Position numbers and translations under genes: made by a program
NCBI RefSeq assembly: GCF_963921235.1
Contig: NC_086101.1
Span: 248,001 to 312,000, forward strand
Source of the DNA: Mobula hypostoma
Taxonomy: Eukaryota
DNA: 64,000 nucleotides
Reading direction: 5' to 3'
The notes under the pieces: generated by a model
Told to the model about the DNA's origin: nothing
Seen by the model: only the letters and a program-made list of their open reading frames with translations
The model's database searches: none
Shown: piece by piece, positions 51,001 to 64,000 of the stretch
Numbering within the stretch: position 1 is the stretch's first letter
How the letters are laid out: every line of letters starts with the position of its first letter

Positions 51001-53436
51001 CATTGACACACAAAGCCTTCAGGCTTGCTTTTACAACACTCCTAGCTCTTGTACAATTATGTTGAAAAGTGGCCCTTTTTGATTTTTGCCCTGGATTTGC
51101 CGGCCTGCCACTTTTACTTTTCACCTTACTACTTTTTGCTTCTACCCTCATTTTACACCCCTCCGTCTCTCTGCACTTGTTCCCATCCCCCTGTTGTGAA
51201 CTAATCTTATCTCTCCTAGTCTCTTTAACTTGATTCCCCCGCCCCCGCCAACCATTCTAGTTTAAAGTCACCTCAGTAGCCCTCGCAAATCTCCCCGCCA
51301 GGATATTGGTCCCCCTAAGATTCAAGTGTAACCCCTCCTTTTTGTACAGGTCACACCTGCGCCAAAAGAGGTCCCAATGATCCAAAAACTTGAATCCCTG
51401 CCCTCTGTTGCAATCCCTCAGCCACGCATTTATCCTCCACCTCATTGCATTCCTACTCTCACTGTCGGGTAGCAGAGGCAGTAATCCCGAGATTATTACC
51501 TTTGTAGTCCTTTTTCTCAACTCCCTTCCTCACTCCCTATATTCTCCTTTCAGGAACTCTTCCCCTTTCCTACCTATGTCATTGGTACCAATATGTACCA
51601 CGACCTCTGGCTCCTCACCCTCCCACTTCAGGATATCTTGGACGCGATCAGAAATATCCCGGACCCTGGCACCAGGGAGGCAAACTACCATCCGGGTCTC
51701 TGGACTGCGTCCACAGAATCGCCTACCTGACCCCCTCACTATCGAGTCCCCTATTACAACTGCCCTCCTCTTTCTTTCCCTACCCTTCTGAGCTACAGGG
51801 CCGGACTCTGTGCCAGAGGCACGGCCACTGTCGCTTCCCCCAGCTAAGCTGTCGCCCCCAACAGTACTCAAACAGGAGTACTTATTGTCAAGGGGCACAG
51901 CTAGAGGGGTACTCTCTAGTACCTGATCCTACCCCTTCCCCTTCCTAACCGTGACCCACTTGTCTGCCTCCCGTGGCCCCGGTGTGACTACCTGCCTGTA
52001 ACTCCTCTCTGTCAACTCCTCAGTCTCCCTGACAAGACGAAGGTCATCGAGCTGCAGCTCCAGTTCCCTAACGCGGTCCCTTAGGAGGTGCATCTCGGCG
52101 CACCTGGCGCAGATGTGGACGACGGGGAGGCTTGGAGACTCCAGGACCTCCCACATCCGGCACCGAGAACAACAAGCTGCCCTCACGCTCATACTATCCC
52201 TCTCCTCAAATAACAACAAAAAGTGAATACTAAACCTTCCTCGCCTCGCCCGTTTCCGCCTAAGCCCGTTGGACCGAAGCCCTTCAGCCTTCACTCTGCT
52301 CCCGCCTCACTCCACCGCCCGCAAACTACGTTGCCCGCTGCCCGACTTCTCCAGTGCGTTGAACACCATCCACCCTGCTCTGCTGGGGAGAAGCTTCCCT
52401 GGTATCATGGATTCTTGATTACCTGACTAGGAGACCACAGTACGTGTGCTTGCGACACTGTGTGTCCGACAGAGTGATCAGTAGCACTGGGGTTCCACAG
52501 GGGACTGTCTTCTCTCCCTTTTTTCCCCCATTTACACCTCGGACTTCAACTACTGCACAGAGTCTTGTCATCTTCAGAAGTTTTCGGATGTCTCTGCCAT
52601 ATTTGGATGCATCAGCAAGGGAGATGAGGCTGAGTACAGGGCTACGGTAGGAAACATTGTTACATGGTGTGAGCAAAATTATCTGCAGCTTAATGTGAAA
52701 AAGACTAGGGAGCTGGTGGTAGACCTGAGGAGAGCTAAGGTACCAGTGACCCCTGTTTCCATCCAGGGGGGTCAGTGTGGACATGGTGGAGGATTACGGA
52801 TACCTGGGGATACGAATTGACAATAGACTGGACTGGTCAAAGAACACGGAGGCTGACGACAAGAAGGGTCAGAGCCGTCTCTATTTCCTGAGGAGACTGA
52901 GGTCCTTTAACATCTGTCGGACGACGTTGAGGATGTTCTACGAGTCTGTGGTGGCCAGTGCTATCATGTTCGCTGTCGTGTGCTGGGGCAGCAGGCTCAG
53001 GGTAGCAGACATCAACAGAATCAACAAACTCATTCGTAAGGCCAGTGATGTTGTGGGGATGGAACTGGACTCTCTCACGGTGGTGTCTGAAAAGAGGATG
53101 CTGTCCAAGTTGCATGCCATCTTGGACAATGTCTCCTATCCACTACATAATGTACTGGGTGGGCACAAGATTACATTCAGCCAGAGACTCATTCCACCCA
53201 GATGCAACACAGAGCGTCATAGGAAGTCATTCCTGCCTGTGGCCATCAAACTTTACAGCTCCTCCCTTGGAGGGTCAGACACCCTGAGCCAATAGGCTGG
53301 TCCTGGACTTATTTCCTGGCATAATTTACATATTACTATTGAACTATTTATGGTTTTATTACTATTTATTCTTTATGGTGCAACTGTAACGAAACCCAGT
53401 TTCTCCCGTGATCAATAAAGAATGACTATGACTATA
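48062..53436 (+). mobile_element. Rex1/Babar-like LINE nested in L1 ORF2, itself split by a CR1 (48062-48125 and 52344-53436)
   Basis: VYAHLDRPTVRVM | DFSSA.NT rejoin; ORF 52777-53295; tail atcaataaagaatgactatgact. Confidence 0.85.
48126..52343 (-). mobile_element. Essentially full-length CR1 (5' UTR, ORF1 zinc-knuckle + SGNH esterase, ORF2 EN-RT, tail), few disablements
   Basis: ORF1 51929-52294 (CSRCRMWE..CARC), 51530-51898 (VIGDSIVRG, HIGTND), 51257-51520; ORF2 50210-51151, 49369-49956, 48219-49352. Confidence 0.93.
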
Positions 53437-56400
53437 TGTTAATCTAATCCATTTATTAAAGTTAGTACCAAAGCTAAATTTCTCTAAAAATTTAAATTGG
53501 TATTTCCATTCAACTCTACCAAATGCCCATTCAGCATCCAGAGAAATAACACATTGGGGAATCTTAGAGAAGGATGAGTATATAATATTTAGCAATCTCC
53601 GAGTGTTAGAAAAAGAATAACGGCCTTTTATAAAACCTGTTTGATCCTGAGAAATAATTTTAGCTAGTATATTCTCCATCCGATTTGCTATTATTTTTGA
53701 AAGAATTTTGGCATCCACATTTAATAATGAAATAGGTCTATATGAAGCACAATCAGTAGGGTCTTTATTTTTCTTAAGAGTTAAAGAAATAGAAGCTTCA
53801 TAAAATGTGGAAGGTAACTCTCCTAGCAGAAAATAATCTTCAAGCATTTCCAACATATAAGCAAATCTTACTCAGCAAATATTCAAATTTTTTATAAAAT
53901 CCTACAGTAAAACCATCCAATCCAGGAGCTTTACCAGATTGCATTGAAAGAATAGTTTTCTGAATTTCTCTTTCAGCAAAAGGAGCATCAAGAATTTGCT
54001 GATCTTCAACAGATATTCTAGGAAAACCAATCTTTTGTAAAAAGGCATACATATTAGAAGGGTCAGCTGGAAACTGAGATTTATAGAGATCACTGTAATA
54101 GTCTTGAAAAATTTTATTAATATCTTCATAATTACAAGCTAAACTACCATCTCTCTTACGATTTTTAAAAATTTGTCTTTTAGCTCTAACTGCTTTAAGT
54201 TGAGATGCTAATAGCTTGTTTCTTTTATCTCCAAACATATAAATTTGACTTTTTAATTTAAGCAAATTTCTCTCAATAGGATAAGTTAATAATAAGTTAT
54301 ATTGTGATTGAAGTTCAACCCTTTGTTTAAACAAATTAACATTAGGAGAAACTGCATAAGTGATATCCAGGTCTTTAATTAGTTTTGAAATTCTATCTAA
54401 CTCTATTTTTGTCTGTTTTTTGAGTTTAGCCAAATAGGATATTATCTGACCTCGCAAATATGCTTTAAGTGTATCCCATATAATCAATTTCGAGACATTT
54501 CCCGTATTATTAAGAAGAAATAAATCTTTTATCTGAATCTCTATAAATTTAACAAAGTCCGAACTTTGTAATAAATTTTCTGGAGAGCGCCAAGGCAAGG
54601 CAAGTTTACATTACTAACATCATTGAACTCAAAAGTTAAGCTTAAAGGCGCATGGTCCGAGACTGCAATAGCATCATATTCACATTTCTGGACTTTAGAC
54701 AAAAATCGGAAATCAGCTATAAAATAATCAATTCTCGAATATTTATTATGAACACGTGAATAAAAAGAATAATCTCTTTCATTAGGATGTAAATTTCTCC
54801 AGGTTTCTATCAAACCATAATCAATTAATAAGGAATTAATAAGTGTTGCCGAACAACTCGGAAGCTGCTGATTGGTTGAACTCTTGTCAATCAAAGGATT
54901 TAAGCAACAGTTGAAGTCACCTCCCATCAGCAGCATATATTCATTTAGGTCCGGTAGTAAACTAAATACATTTTTAAAAAAAGGATCATCTACATTAGGG
55001 CCGTATAGATTAACCATGACAATTTTTCTATAACAAATTGTTCCTTTAATAATTAAAAATCTACCATTATTATCTGAGACAATGTCTTCTTGAATAAATA
55101 AAATATTAGATTTAATAAAAATAGATACTCCCTTTGTTTTATTTTGGCAAGTAGCATGGTATTGAAGGCCCTTGTCTCCCGTTCTGATATGCGTTTCTTG
55201 AATAAAAATTATATCGGGCTGGAATCGAATAATAACTTTAAAAGTCTTCCGTTGTTTAATAGGGTGATTCCAGCCACGTACATTCCAACTAATAACGTTG
55301 ATCTGTTTAAGTACCATTTGATATTATTGTTAAACACGGCAATACACACATTCCATCGGGGGCTAATCAAAGATGGCGGTGATGAATATTAAACAAATGG
55401 AAAATACGCATGCTCCGGAACTCAATAATGGGAAAAAATACAGGAAGTGTGTGTGAAAAAAATAAAATCCCACAATAAACCCCAAAATACAAAAATACCC
55501 CCAAACCTCCCACCATCCCCAAAGAGGAAATCCGGCAAAAGAGAAAAAAAGCAGGAAAGCATCGCCAAGAAGAAAAGCGTAAGAACGGATTCCGCGTACC
55601 GCTCAATTGAAATAATGATTAAAAGTTTTTTCTCCTAATTCCCCCCTCACCCTTACAAAGAAAATACGTAACCTTAAGATAAGAAAGCCCAGCAAAGAAG
55701 AAAAAAATGTTTATACTTAATCATTGAAAATAAACGAGGGAATGCGAAAACAGTCTCCGAAGACGCCAAAGCAATACTATTAACCCAAACAGTTTAATCT
55801 CTAAAGAGAGAAAAGCAGCGCCATTATGCTTTAACTTACTACCTTATTAATAAAAGAACTAAAGCTAATTATCTATTACTAAACACTCCATAAGTCAATA
55901 TAAACTGTAAGCAAAATATCACTTAATTAATAAAGAAAAAGAAAAAAATAGAAACAAATAACCAAACCAGTTCACAATCTATCCGCTGTATTAATTCACT
56001 CCGTATACTAAATAGTCTTCAAAAAAAAGTAATTCTTTAGTCAAACCAAGAAGATCACCTCTTCTTTAAGTAATCTATCGATCAAAGGATATCTTCAGCA
56101 TACCGAAATCTTCAAAGCCTGTTTTCTTTCAGAAAATTATTCAGAAACTCTAATATCCTTCATACATCAGCCGATTCCACAATAGAGTTGACAAAATCCG
56201 ATGCCGTTTGGGGATCCAAGAAGACACGAGGGGTAGAATGTTTAGGAAATAACTTTAATCTCGCTGGATATCTCAGGAATTGAAAGACGCTTCTTCATGA
56301 TCGATATGAATTTAATCCGTTGTTCGATAACTTCCCGTGGATAATCTTCATAAAAACGGATCTCGGAACCGTTATATTTAAAAAACTTTCTGTTTTCTTG

Positions 56401-56705
56401 CACATTTTATGATTTGGTCTTTAATTTTAAAGCAAAGAAAGTTGCCTAAAATTGGTCGAGCTTTATCTGACGAAGTGAAAATTCTGTGAGCTCTTTCAAT
56501 ATCGGGAAATTGAGATAGAATATCCGGAAACAGAGTTTGAAACAGTTTGGCAAAATAATCCAATAAATTCCCATTCTCGGAGCCTTCTTGAGGACCCACA
56601 ATACGAATGTTGTTCCTACGCAATCTTGCGTCTAAATCGACTATTTTGCGTTGAGCCTGTTCCAATCGGGTTGAAATATCCACAATCTGACCTTTCTATT
56701 CTTTA

Positions 56706-58021
56706 ATAGAACATAGAATAGTACAGCACAGTACAGGCCCATTGCCCCACAATGTTGTACCGACCCTCAAACCCTGCCTCCCATATAAGCCCCCACCTTA
56801 AATTCCTTCATATACCTGTCTAGTAGTCTCTTAAACTTCACTAGTGTATCTGCCTCCACCACTGACTCAGGCAGTGCATTCCATGCACCAACCACCCTCT
56901 GAGTAAAAAACCTTCCTCTAATATCCCCCTTGAACTTCCAAACCCCTTACCTTAAAGCCATGTCCTCTTGTATTGAGCAGTGGTGCCCTGGGGAAGAAGG
57001 GCGCTGTCTATCCACTCTATCTATTCCTCTTATTATCTTGTACACCTCTATCATGTCTCCTGTCATCCTCCTTCTCTCCAAAGAGTAAAGTCCTAGCTCC
57101 CTTAATCTCTGATCATAATGCATACTCTCTAAACTAGGCAGCATCCTGGTAAATTTCCTCTGTACACTTTCCAATGCTTCCACATCCTTCCTATAGTGAG
57201 GCGACCAGAACTGGACACAGTACTCCAAGTGTGGCCTAACCAGAGTTTTATAGAGCTGCATCATTACATTGTGACTCTTAAACTCTATCCCTTGACTTAT
57301 GAAAGCTAACACCCCATAAGCTTTCTTAACTACCCTATCCACCTGTGAGGCAACTTTCAGGGATCTGTGGACATGTACCCAGAGATCCCTCTGCTCCTCC
57401 GCACTACCAAGTATCTTGCCAATTACTTTGTACTCTGCCTTGGAGTTTATCCTTCCAACGTGTACCACCTCACACTTCTCCGGGTTGAACTCCATCTGCC
57501 ATTTCTAGCCCAGTTCTGCATCCTATCAATGTCTCTCTGCAATCTTTGACAATCCTCTGCACTAGCTACAACACCACCAACTTTTGTGTCGTCTGCAAAC
57601 TTGCCAACCCACCCTTCTACCCCCTCATCCAGGTCGTTCATAAAAATCACGAAAAGTAGAGGTCCCAGAACAGATCCTTGTGGGACACCACTCGTCACAA
57701 TCCTCCAATCTGAATGTTCTCCCTCCAGCACGACCCTCTGCCTGCTGCAGGCAAGCCAATTCTGAATCCTTCTGGCCAAACTTCCCTGGATCCCATGCCT
57801 TCTGACTTTCTGAATAAGCCTACCGTGTGGAACCTTGTCAAATGCCTTACTAAAATCCATATAGATCACATCCACTGCCTGGTCACCTCCTCAAAGAACT
57901 CTGTCAGGCTTGTTAGACACGATCTGCCCTTCACAAAGCCATGCTGACTGTTCCTGATCAGACCATGATTCTCTAAATGCCCAGAGATCCATCTCTAAGA
58001 ACCTTTTCCAACAGCTTTAAA

Positions 58022-58053
<32 letters not shown>

Positions 58054-58978
58054 TAGATAGATAGATATACTTTATTAATCCCGAAGGAAATTTGGTTTCG
58101 TTACAGCCGCACCAACCAAGAATAGAGCATAAATATAGCAATACAAAAACCACAAACAATCAAACAACAAAATGCAAACTATGCCAGATGGAAAATAAGT
58201 CCAGAACCAGTCTGTTGGCTCAGGGTGTCTGACCCTCCACGGGAGCAGCTGCACGTTCGATGGCCACAGGCAGGAACGACCTCCCGTGCCGCCAAGTGTT
58301 GTATCACGGTGGAATGTGACCGAAGTCCAACAGTAAAAAGTTCAATATCCAGTCTGCAAACATGTTCCTCGATCGTAATATACCCCGGATTGCACCATCC
58401 GTTATTAACCAGATCAGTAAGCACCGAACTCCTTTTCGCTTACCGCTCTTAGTGCACTTCCGGTCAGCCGGAACGGTATTACCCACCGAACTCCTCTTCT
58501 CCAAAAGTCTCTGTTGTCTCGACCCGGTCCTCTTTCCTCGGCTTTGTGATCCCCCTCTGCATCCTCTGTGTGTTTTCCTCCGGATTTCAGCAGGGGTGTC
58601 CGCCGCTCTGTTAGCTAAGCCGGCCGGTGTTTGCTGGTCCGTGGAATACGCAATACCACCTTGCTTCTGTCCCGCGTGTCGGGATGCAACCATTTCCAGC
58701 GCTGAAGAAAACCCAGATAAAACTCTCTCTACCAGCATGTTAGAGAGGGTGCACCTTCGACGTGTTACCGTGAGAAAAAAAAATACAAAAAATAACGTAC
58801 ATTAAAAAGTAAGAAGAAGAAAGTAAAAGAATACATCGGAACGGCTGTACCAGGCTGCTTTCCCGCCAGAGACGTAAGGCTCACTGGTCTATAATTACCC
58901 GGACTATCCCTACTATCTTTTTTGAACAAGGGGATAACATTCGCCTCCCTCCAATCCTCCGGACAATTCCCGTGGACA
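56706..58978 (-). mobile_element. CR1 3' fragment nested in L1 ORF1
   Basis: ORFs 56947-57495, 57447-57875 and PEDWREANV at ~58960; tail tagaacatagaatag. Confidence 0.88.
58019..58856 (-). mobile_element. Internally deleted Rex1/Babar-like element (5' end fused to 3' end)
   Basis: GCTTT at both junctions; (CTAT)n tail 58021-58066; EN-like ADRKCTKSGKRKG..VNNGWCNPG..DIELFTVGLR joined directly to the GGSDTLSQ C-terminus. Confidence 0.78.
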
Positions 58979-59349
58979 AAAAACTCAGTATTCAAGGAAA
59001 CAATATTTTCCTCCGTAGTCTGTAAACTCTTTCGGAATGACTTCAACTCGGAAGTGTTATTGTCCATTTTGTTATAGAGGCCCATCAACGCACGTTCCAA
59101 ACGCTCAGCCCAGACAGGCATAACTTCTGATTTTTCTTTCGAAGTTTTTCCCTTTCCATTGCTGGGTTCAAAAAGCTGTTTTCTACTTCTTAAAGGATAC
59201 AACGTAATGACCACTATTTCCCTCCAAGATCCAAAAAATAAAAGTTGAATAATTCAAAGTTTATACTGGGGAAAAGGAGCAATTAAAGGCAGCCACAAAA
59301 TTTATGTATTACTCCATTGAGCTAGAGGCAGAAGTTAGGTTAGGATATT

Positions 59350-59925
59350 AAAATGTGAAAGGGAAAGGACAAGAAGAACGCATCGATTCAGAGGATTTCA
59401 GTGATTATTTTCATGGTTAATTATGAAGGAAATGGTCAGATTATGAGGAGTGGATAAAAAAAGTTTGAGAGTGGAGGGTCACAGACTCTGGAGGAAAAAT
59501 TGTGGAAAGCAGTTAGGGAAAAGAAATCAAAGGCATTACAATGGATTAAACATTTTATAATGGAATGTTTGTTGGATGATCTAACTGAAGTGAAGAGAGA
59601 AAAAAACAAAAACTGGCGGAGGAATTGTGTAAGTGTAGGGAAGAGTTAGAGAGAAGGGAATGAAAATGAAATTGTGGGGGAGCAGAGTCAGGCGAATTTG
59701 ATCCACATGAGACAGTTTCAGGCTCAGTGTGAAAGCGTTAACAAGAGAAAATGAGAAAACTGAGGAGGAGTATAAAGAGGCAACTACAGAATTAGAGAAA
59801 TGGAAAAGTCAGGGTCAGGATTTACGGGATGTCACGAATGTCATGAAGAAACCAACAGCTGAGAAGAAAGGCAGCGCTGATCGCGAGGGTTTGTGTGGTT
59901 GTCCGTTTCCTTCTCTTCTACCTGG
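59350..59925 (+). mobile_element. Continuation of the LTR element: degenerate gag-like coiled-coil region
   Basis: Follows the L1 TSD; A/G-rich broken frames such as KALTRENEKTEEEYKEATTELEKWK; position downstream of the PBS. Confidence 0.45.
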
Positions 59926-62900
59926 TTTGATGTGGATAGAGAATTGGTTGGCAGACAGGAAGCAAAGAGTGGGAATAAACGGCACCTTTTCAGAATGGCA
60001 GGCGGTGACTAGTGGGGTACCGCAAGACTCAGTGCTGGGACCCCAGTTGTTTACAATATACATTAATGACTTAGATGAGGGAATTAAATGCAGCATCTCC
60101 AAGTTTGCGGATGACACGAAGCTGGGCGGCAGTGTTAGCTGTGAGGAGGATGCGAAGAGGATGCAGGGTGACTTGGATAGGTTAGGTGAGTGGGCAAATT
60201 CATGGCAGATGCAATTTAATGTGGATAAATGTGAGGTTGTCCACTTTGGTGGCAAGAACAGGGAAACAGATTATTATCTGAATGGTGCCAGATTAGGAAA
60301 AGGGGAGGTGCAACGAGACCTGGGTGTCATTGTACACCAGTCACTGAAAGTGGGCATGCAGGTACAGCAGGCGGTGAAAAAGGCGAATAAAGGAACAGCA
60401 GTTATAATGGGTGACTTCAATCTACATGTAGACTGGGTGAACCAAATTGGTAAAGGTGCTGAGGAAGAGGATTTCTTGGAATGTATGCGGGATGGTTTTT
60501 TGAACCAACATGTCGAGGAACCGACTAGAGAGCAGGCTATTCTGGACTGGGTTTTGAGCAATGAGGAAGGGTTAATTAGCGATCTTGTCGTGAGAGGCCC
60601 CTTGGGTAAGAGTGACCATAATATGGTGGAATTCTTCATTAACATGGAGAGTGACGTAGTTAATTCAGAAACAAAGGTTCTGAACTTAAAGAGGGGTAAC
60701 TTTGAAGGTATGAGACATGAATTAGCTAAGATAGACTGGCAAATGACACTTCAAGGATTGACGGTGGATATGCAATGGCAGGCATTTAAAGGTTGCATGG
60801 ATGAACTACAACAATTGTTCATCCCAGTTTGGCAAAAGAATAAATCAAGGAAGGTAGTGCACCCGTGGCTGACAAGAGAAATTAGGGATAGTATCAATTC
60901 CAAAGAAGTAGCATACAAATTAGCCAGAGAAAGTGGCTCACCTGAGGACTGGGAGAAATTCAGAGTTCAGCAGAGGAGGACAAAGGGCTTAATTAGGAAG
61001 GGGAAAAAAGATTATGAGAGAAAACTGGCAGAGAACATAAAAACGGACTGTAAAAGCTTTTATAGATATATAAAAAGGAAAAGACTGATAAAGACAAATG
61101 TAGGTCCCCTGCAAACAGAAACAGGTGAATTGATTATGGGGAGCAAGGACATGGCAGACCAATTGAATAATTACTTTGGTTCTGTCTTCACTAAGGAGGA
61201 CATAAATAATCTTCCAGAAATAGTAAGGGACAGAGGGTCCAGTGAGATGGAGGAACTGAGCGAAATACATGTTAGTAGGGAAGTGGTGTTAGGTAAATTG
61301 AAGGGATTGAAGGCAGATAAATCCCCAGGGCCAGATGGTCTGCATCCCAGAGTGCTTAAAGAAGTGGCCCAAGAAATAGTGGATGCATTAGTGATAATTT
61401 TTCAAAACTCGTTAGATTCTGGACTAGTTCCTGAGGATTGGAGGGTGGCTAATGTAACCCCACTTTTTAAAAAAGGAGGGAGAGAGAAACCGGGGAATTA
61501 TAGGCCGGTTAGCCTAACGTCGGTGGTGGGGAAACTGCTGGAGTCAGTTATCAAGGATGTGATAACAGCACATTTGGAAAGCGGTGAAATGATCGGACAA
61601 AGTCAGCATGGATTTGTGAAAGGAAAATCATGTCTGACGAATCTCATAGAATTTTTTGAGGATGTAACTAGTAGAGTGGATAGGGGAGAACCAGTGGATG
61701 TGGTATATTTGGATTTTCAAAAGGCTTTTGACAAGGTCCCACATAGGAGATTAGTGTGCAAACTTAAAGCACACGGTATTAGGGGTAAGGTATTGGTGTG
61801 GGTGGAGAATTGGTTAGCAGACAGGAAGCAAAGAGTGGGAATAAACGGGACCTTTTCAGAATGGCAGGCGGTGACTAGTGGGGTACCGCAAGGCTCAGTG
61901 CTGGGACCCCAGTTGTTTACAATATATATTAATGACTTGGATGAGGGAATTAAATGCAGCATCTCCAAGTTTGCGGATGACACAAAGCTGGGTGGCAGTG
62001 TTAGCAGTGAGGAGGATGCTAAGAGGATGCAGGGTGACTTGGATAGGTTGGGTGAGTGGGCAAATTCATGGCAGATGCAATTTAATGTGGATAAATGTGA
62101 AGTTATCCACTTTGGTGGCAAAAATAGGAAAACAGATTATTATCTGAATGGTGGCCGATTAGGAAAAGGGGAGGTGCAACGAGACCTGGGTGTCATTATA
62201 CACCAGTCATTGAAAGTGGGCATGCAGGTACAGCAGGCGGTGAAAAAGGCGAATGGTATGCTGGCATTTATAGCGAGAGGATTCGAGTACAGGAGCAGGG
62301 AGGTACTACTGCAGTTGTACAAGGCCTTGGTGAGACCACAACTGGAGTATTGTGTGCAGTTTTGGTCCCCTAATCTGAGGAAAGACATTCTTGCCATGGA
62401 GGGAGTACAAAGAAGGTTCATCAGATTGATTCCTGGGATGGCAGGACTTTCATATGATGAAAGACTGGATCGACTAGGTTTATATTCTCTGGAATTTAGA
62501 AGATTGAGGGGGGATCTTATTGAAACGTATAAAATTCTAAAGGGATTGGACAGGCTAGATGCAGGAAGATTGTTCCCGATGTTGGGGAAGTCCAGAACGA
62601 GAGGTCACAGTTTGAGGATAAAGGGGAAGCATAGAAACATAGAAAATAGGTGCAGGAGTAGGCCATTCGGCCCTTCGAGCCTGCACCGCTATTTATTATG
62701 ATCATGGCTGATCATCCAACTCAGAACCCCGCCCCAGCCTTCCCTCCATACCCCCTGACCCCCGTAGCCACAAGGGCCATATCTAACTCCCTCTTAAACA
62801 TAGCCAATGAACTGGCCTCAACAGTTTGCTGTGGCAGAGAATTCCACAGATTCACCACTCTCTGTGTGAAGAAGTTTTTCCTAATCTCGGTCCTAAAAGG

Positions 62901-63221
62901 CTTCCCCTCTATCCTCAAACTGTGACCCCTCGTTCTGGACTTCCCCAACATCTCTTTTAGGACCGAGATTAGGAAAAACTTCTTCACACAGAGATTGGTG
63001 AATCTGTGGAATTCTCTGCCACAGGAAATAGTTGAGGCTAGTTCATTGGCTATATTTAAGAGGGAGTTAGATATGGCCCTTGTGGCTAAAGGGGTCGGGG
63101 GTACGGAGAGAAGGCAGGTACAGGGTACTGATTTGGATGATCAGCCATGATCGTACTGAATGGCGGCGCAGGATTGAAGGACCGAATGGCCTACTCCTGC
63201 ACCCATTTTCTATGTTTCTTT
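59926..63221 (+). mobile_element. Chimeric CR1: RT fragment (59926-60388) fused in frame to an EN-RT copy (60389-62629), 3' end 62953-63221
   Basis: ORF 59729-62701 contains RT motifs twice, with junction QQAVKKAN|KGTAVIMGDFN. Confidence 0.88.
62630..62952 (-). mobile_element. Short young CR1 3' end inserted antisense into CR1
   Basis: Tail atagaaacatagaaaatagg at 62630; nearly identical to 21832-22152; host rejoins ggggaagc|cttttagg. Confidence 0.88.
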
Positions 63222-64000
63222 GTGGTTTCATATTGGGGGAGTAGGATCGGTGCTGGTGAGGCAAAAAGACAAAATAATCTCATCAAAGAGGTTGGAACCG
63301 TGCTTGGCCACAACCGGGGCTCTTTCGAGGTCGCGGTGGAGACGAGATCACTAAACAAATGGTCTTCAATTGGCGGACAATCGGGCACATCCTCTCCATG
63401 ACCTACTGCATCGGCAGCGGAGCACCCTTTCGCACAGAGTCACTCAGCACCGCTGTCACAAGAATCGTTACAGAAAATTTTTCCTATCAAATGTAATATA
63501 CAACAGTTCATCTGCTAATCTGCCACCCACAGCTCTAATCTGCGAATTAAATCTGCCAACAACACTACATTGATTGGCCTAATGTCAAATGATAATGAGG
63601 TGGCCTACAAGGAAGAAATCATCTCTCTGACACAATGGTGTCAGGAAAAAGGCCTCTCCCTGAATGTCGAAAAAATCAAGGAAGCTGGTTGTGGATTACA
63701 GGAGGAATGGGGACGGGCTAACCCTATTGACATCAATGGATCTGGGGTTGAGAGGGTGAACAGCTTTAAATTCTTCAGGATCTTCATCACCGAGGACCTC
63801 ACGTGGTCTGTACGCACAAGCTGTGCGGTGGAACAGGCACAACAGCGCCTCTTTCACCTCAGACGGTTGAGGAAGTTTGGTATGGGCCCCCAAAAGCTTA
63901 GAACTTTCTACAGGAGCACAACTGAGAGCATCCTGACTGGCTGCATCACTGCCTGGTATGGGAACTGTACCTCCTTTAATCGAAGGATTCTGCAGAAAGT
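63222..64000 (+). mobile_element. Nested Rex1/Babar-like fragments, paralog of 1041-1812
   Basis: Same CR1/Rex and Rex/Rex junctions as at the window start. Confidence 0.8.

Larger units (their letters stand above)
46215..59335 (-). mobile_element. Full-length L1-clade LINE (ORF1, spacer, ORF2), degraded, carrying nested insertions
   Basis: 14-bp TSD TAGGTTAGGATATT (46201-46214 / 59336-59349); A-tail at 46215; ORF1 RLRRNNIRIVG..DIERAHR; ORF2 ISWNVRG, QETH, GGDFN, SDH, YRPISLLNVDAKI, GTRQGCPFSP, LYADD, CDRC..HMFWSC. Confidence 0.93.

Noticed and set aside
51257..51898. Host SGNH/GDSL esterase gene
   Set aside because: It is CR1 ORF1, directly upstream of ORF2 and repeated elsewhere in the window
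58021..58066. (GATA/GACA)n as an independent microsatellite
   Set aside because: It is the expanded 3' tail of the deleted Rex/Babar element
59729..62701. 990-aa ORF as a host gene
   Set aside because: Entirely TE-derived, GTG start, duplicated RT motifs, and ended by an antisense insert

Overview
Vertebrate nuclear DNA; the repeat families suggest a cartilaginous fish, probably a ray (inference). The window is mostly nested transposable elements around a small cluster of C2H2 zinc-finger (ZNF) genes with no KRAB domain visible. One ZNF ORF is intact (23 fingers, 14762-16693). A paralogous unit is disrupted (43136-44540), and two further ZNF remnants lie at about 25.2 kb and 35.8 kb. The two main units share a homologous CpG-rich promoter, intron segment and splice acceptor. 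The elements include many CR1 LINEs (one essentially full-length, some young), Rex1/Babar-like LINEs, a full-length L1 with a 14-bp TSD, a Buster/Charlie-type hAT with perfect TIRs and an 8-bp TSD, Penelope fragments and two LTR elements. The most notable unannotated structures are: (i) a 557-bp non-coding retroelement whose 5' end folds as an HDV-like ribozyme with an extra stem-loop in L3; (ii) a miniature Gypsy element with a Tf1/sushi-type self-priming duplex; (iii) an LTR-PBS-gag element split by the L1; (iv) a paralogous segment about 62 kb apart at the two window ends. Most TE boundaries were set by eye and are approximate unless a TSD or TIR is quoted.
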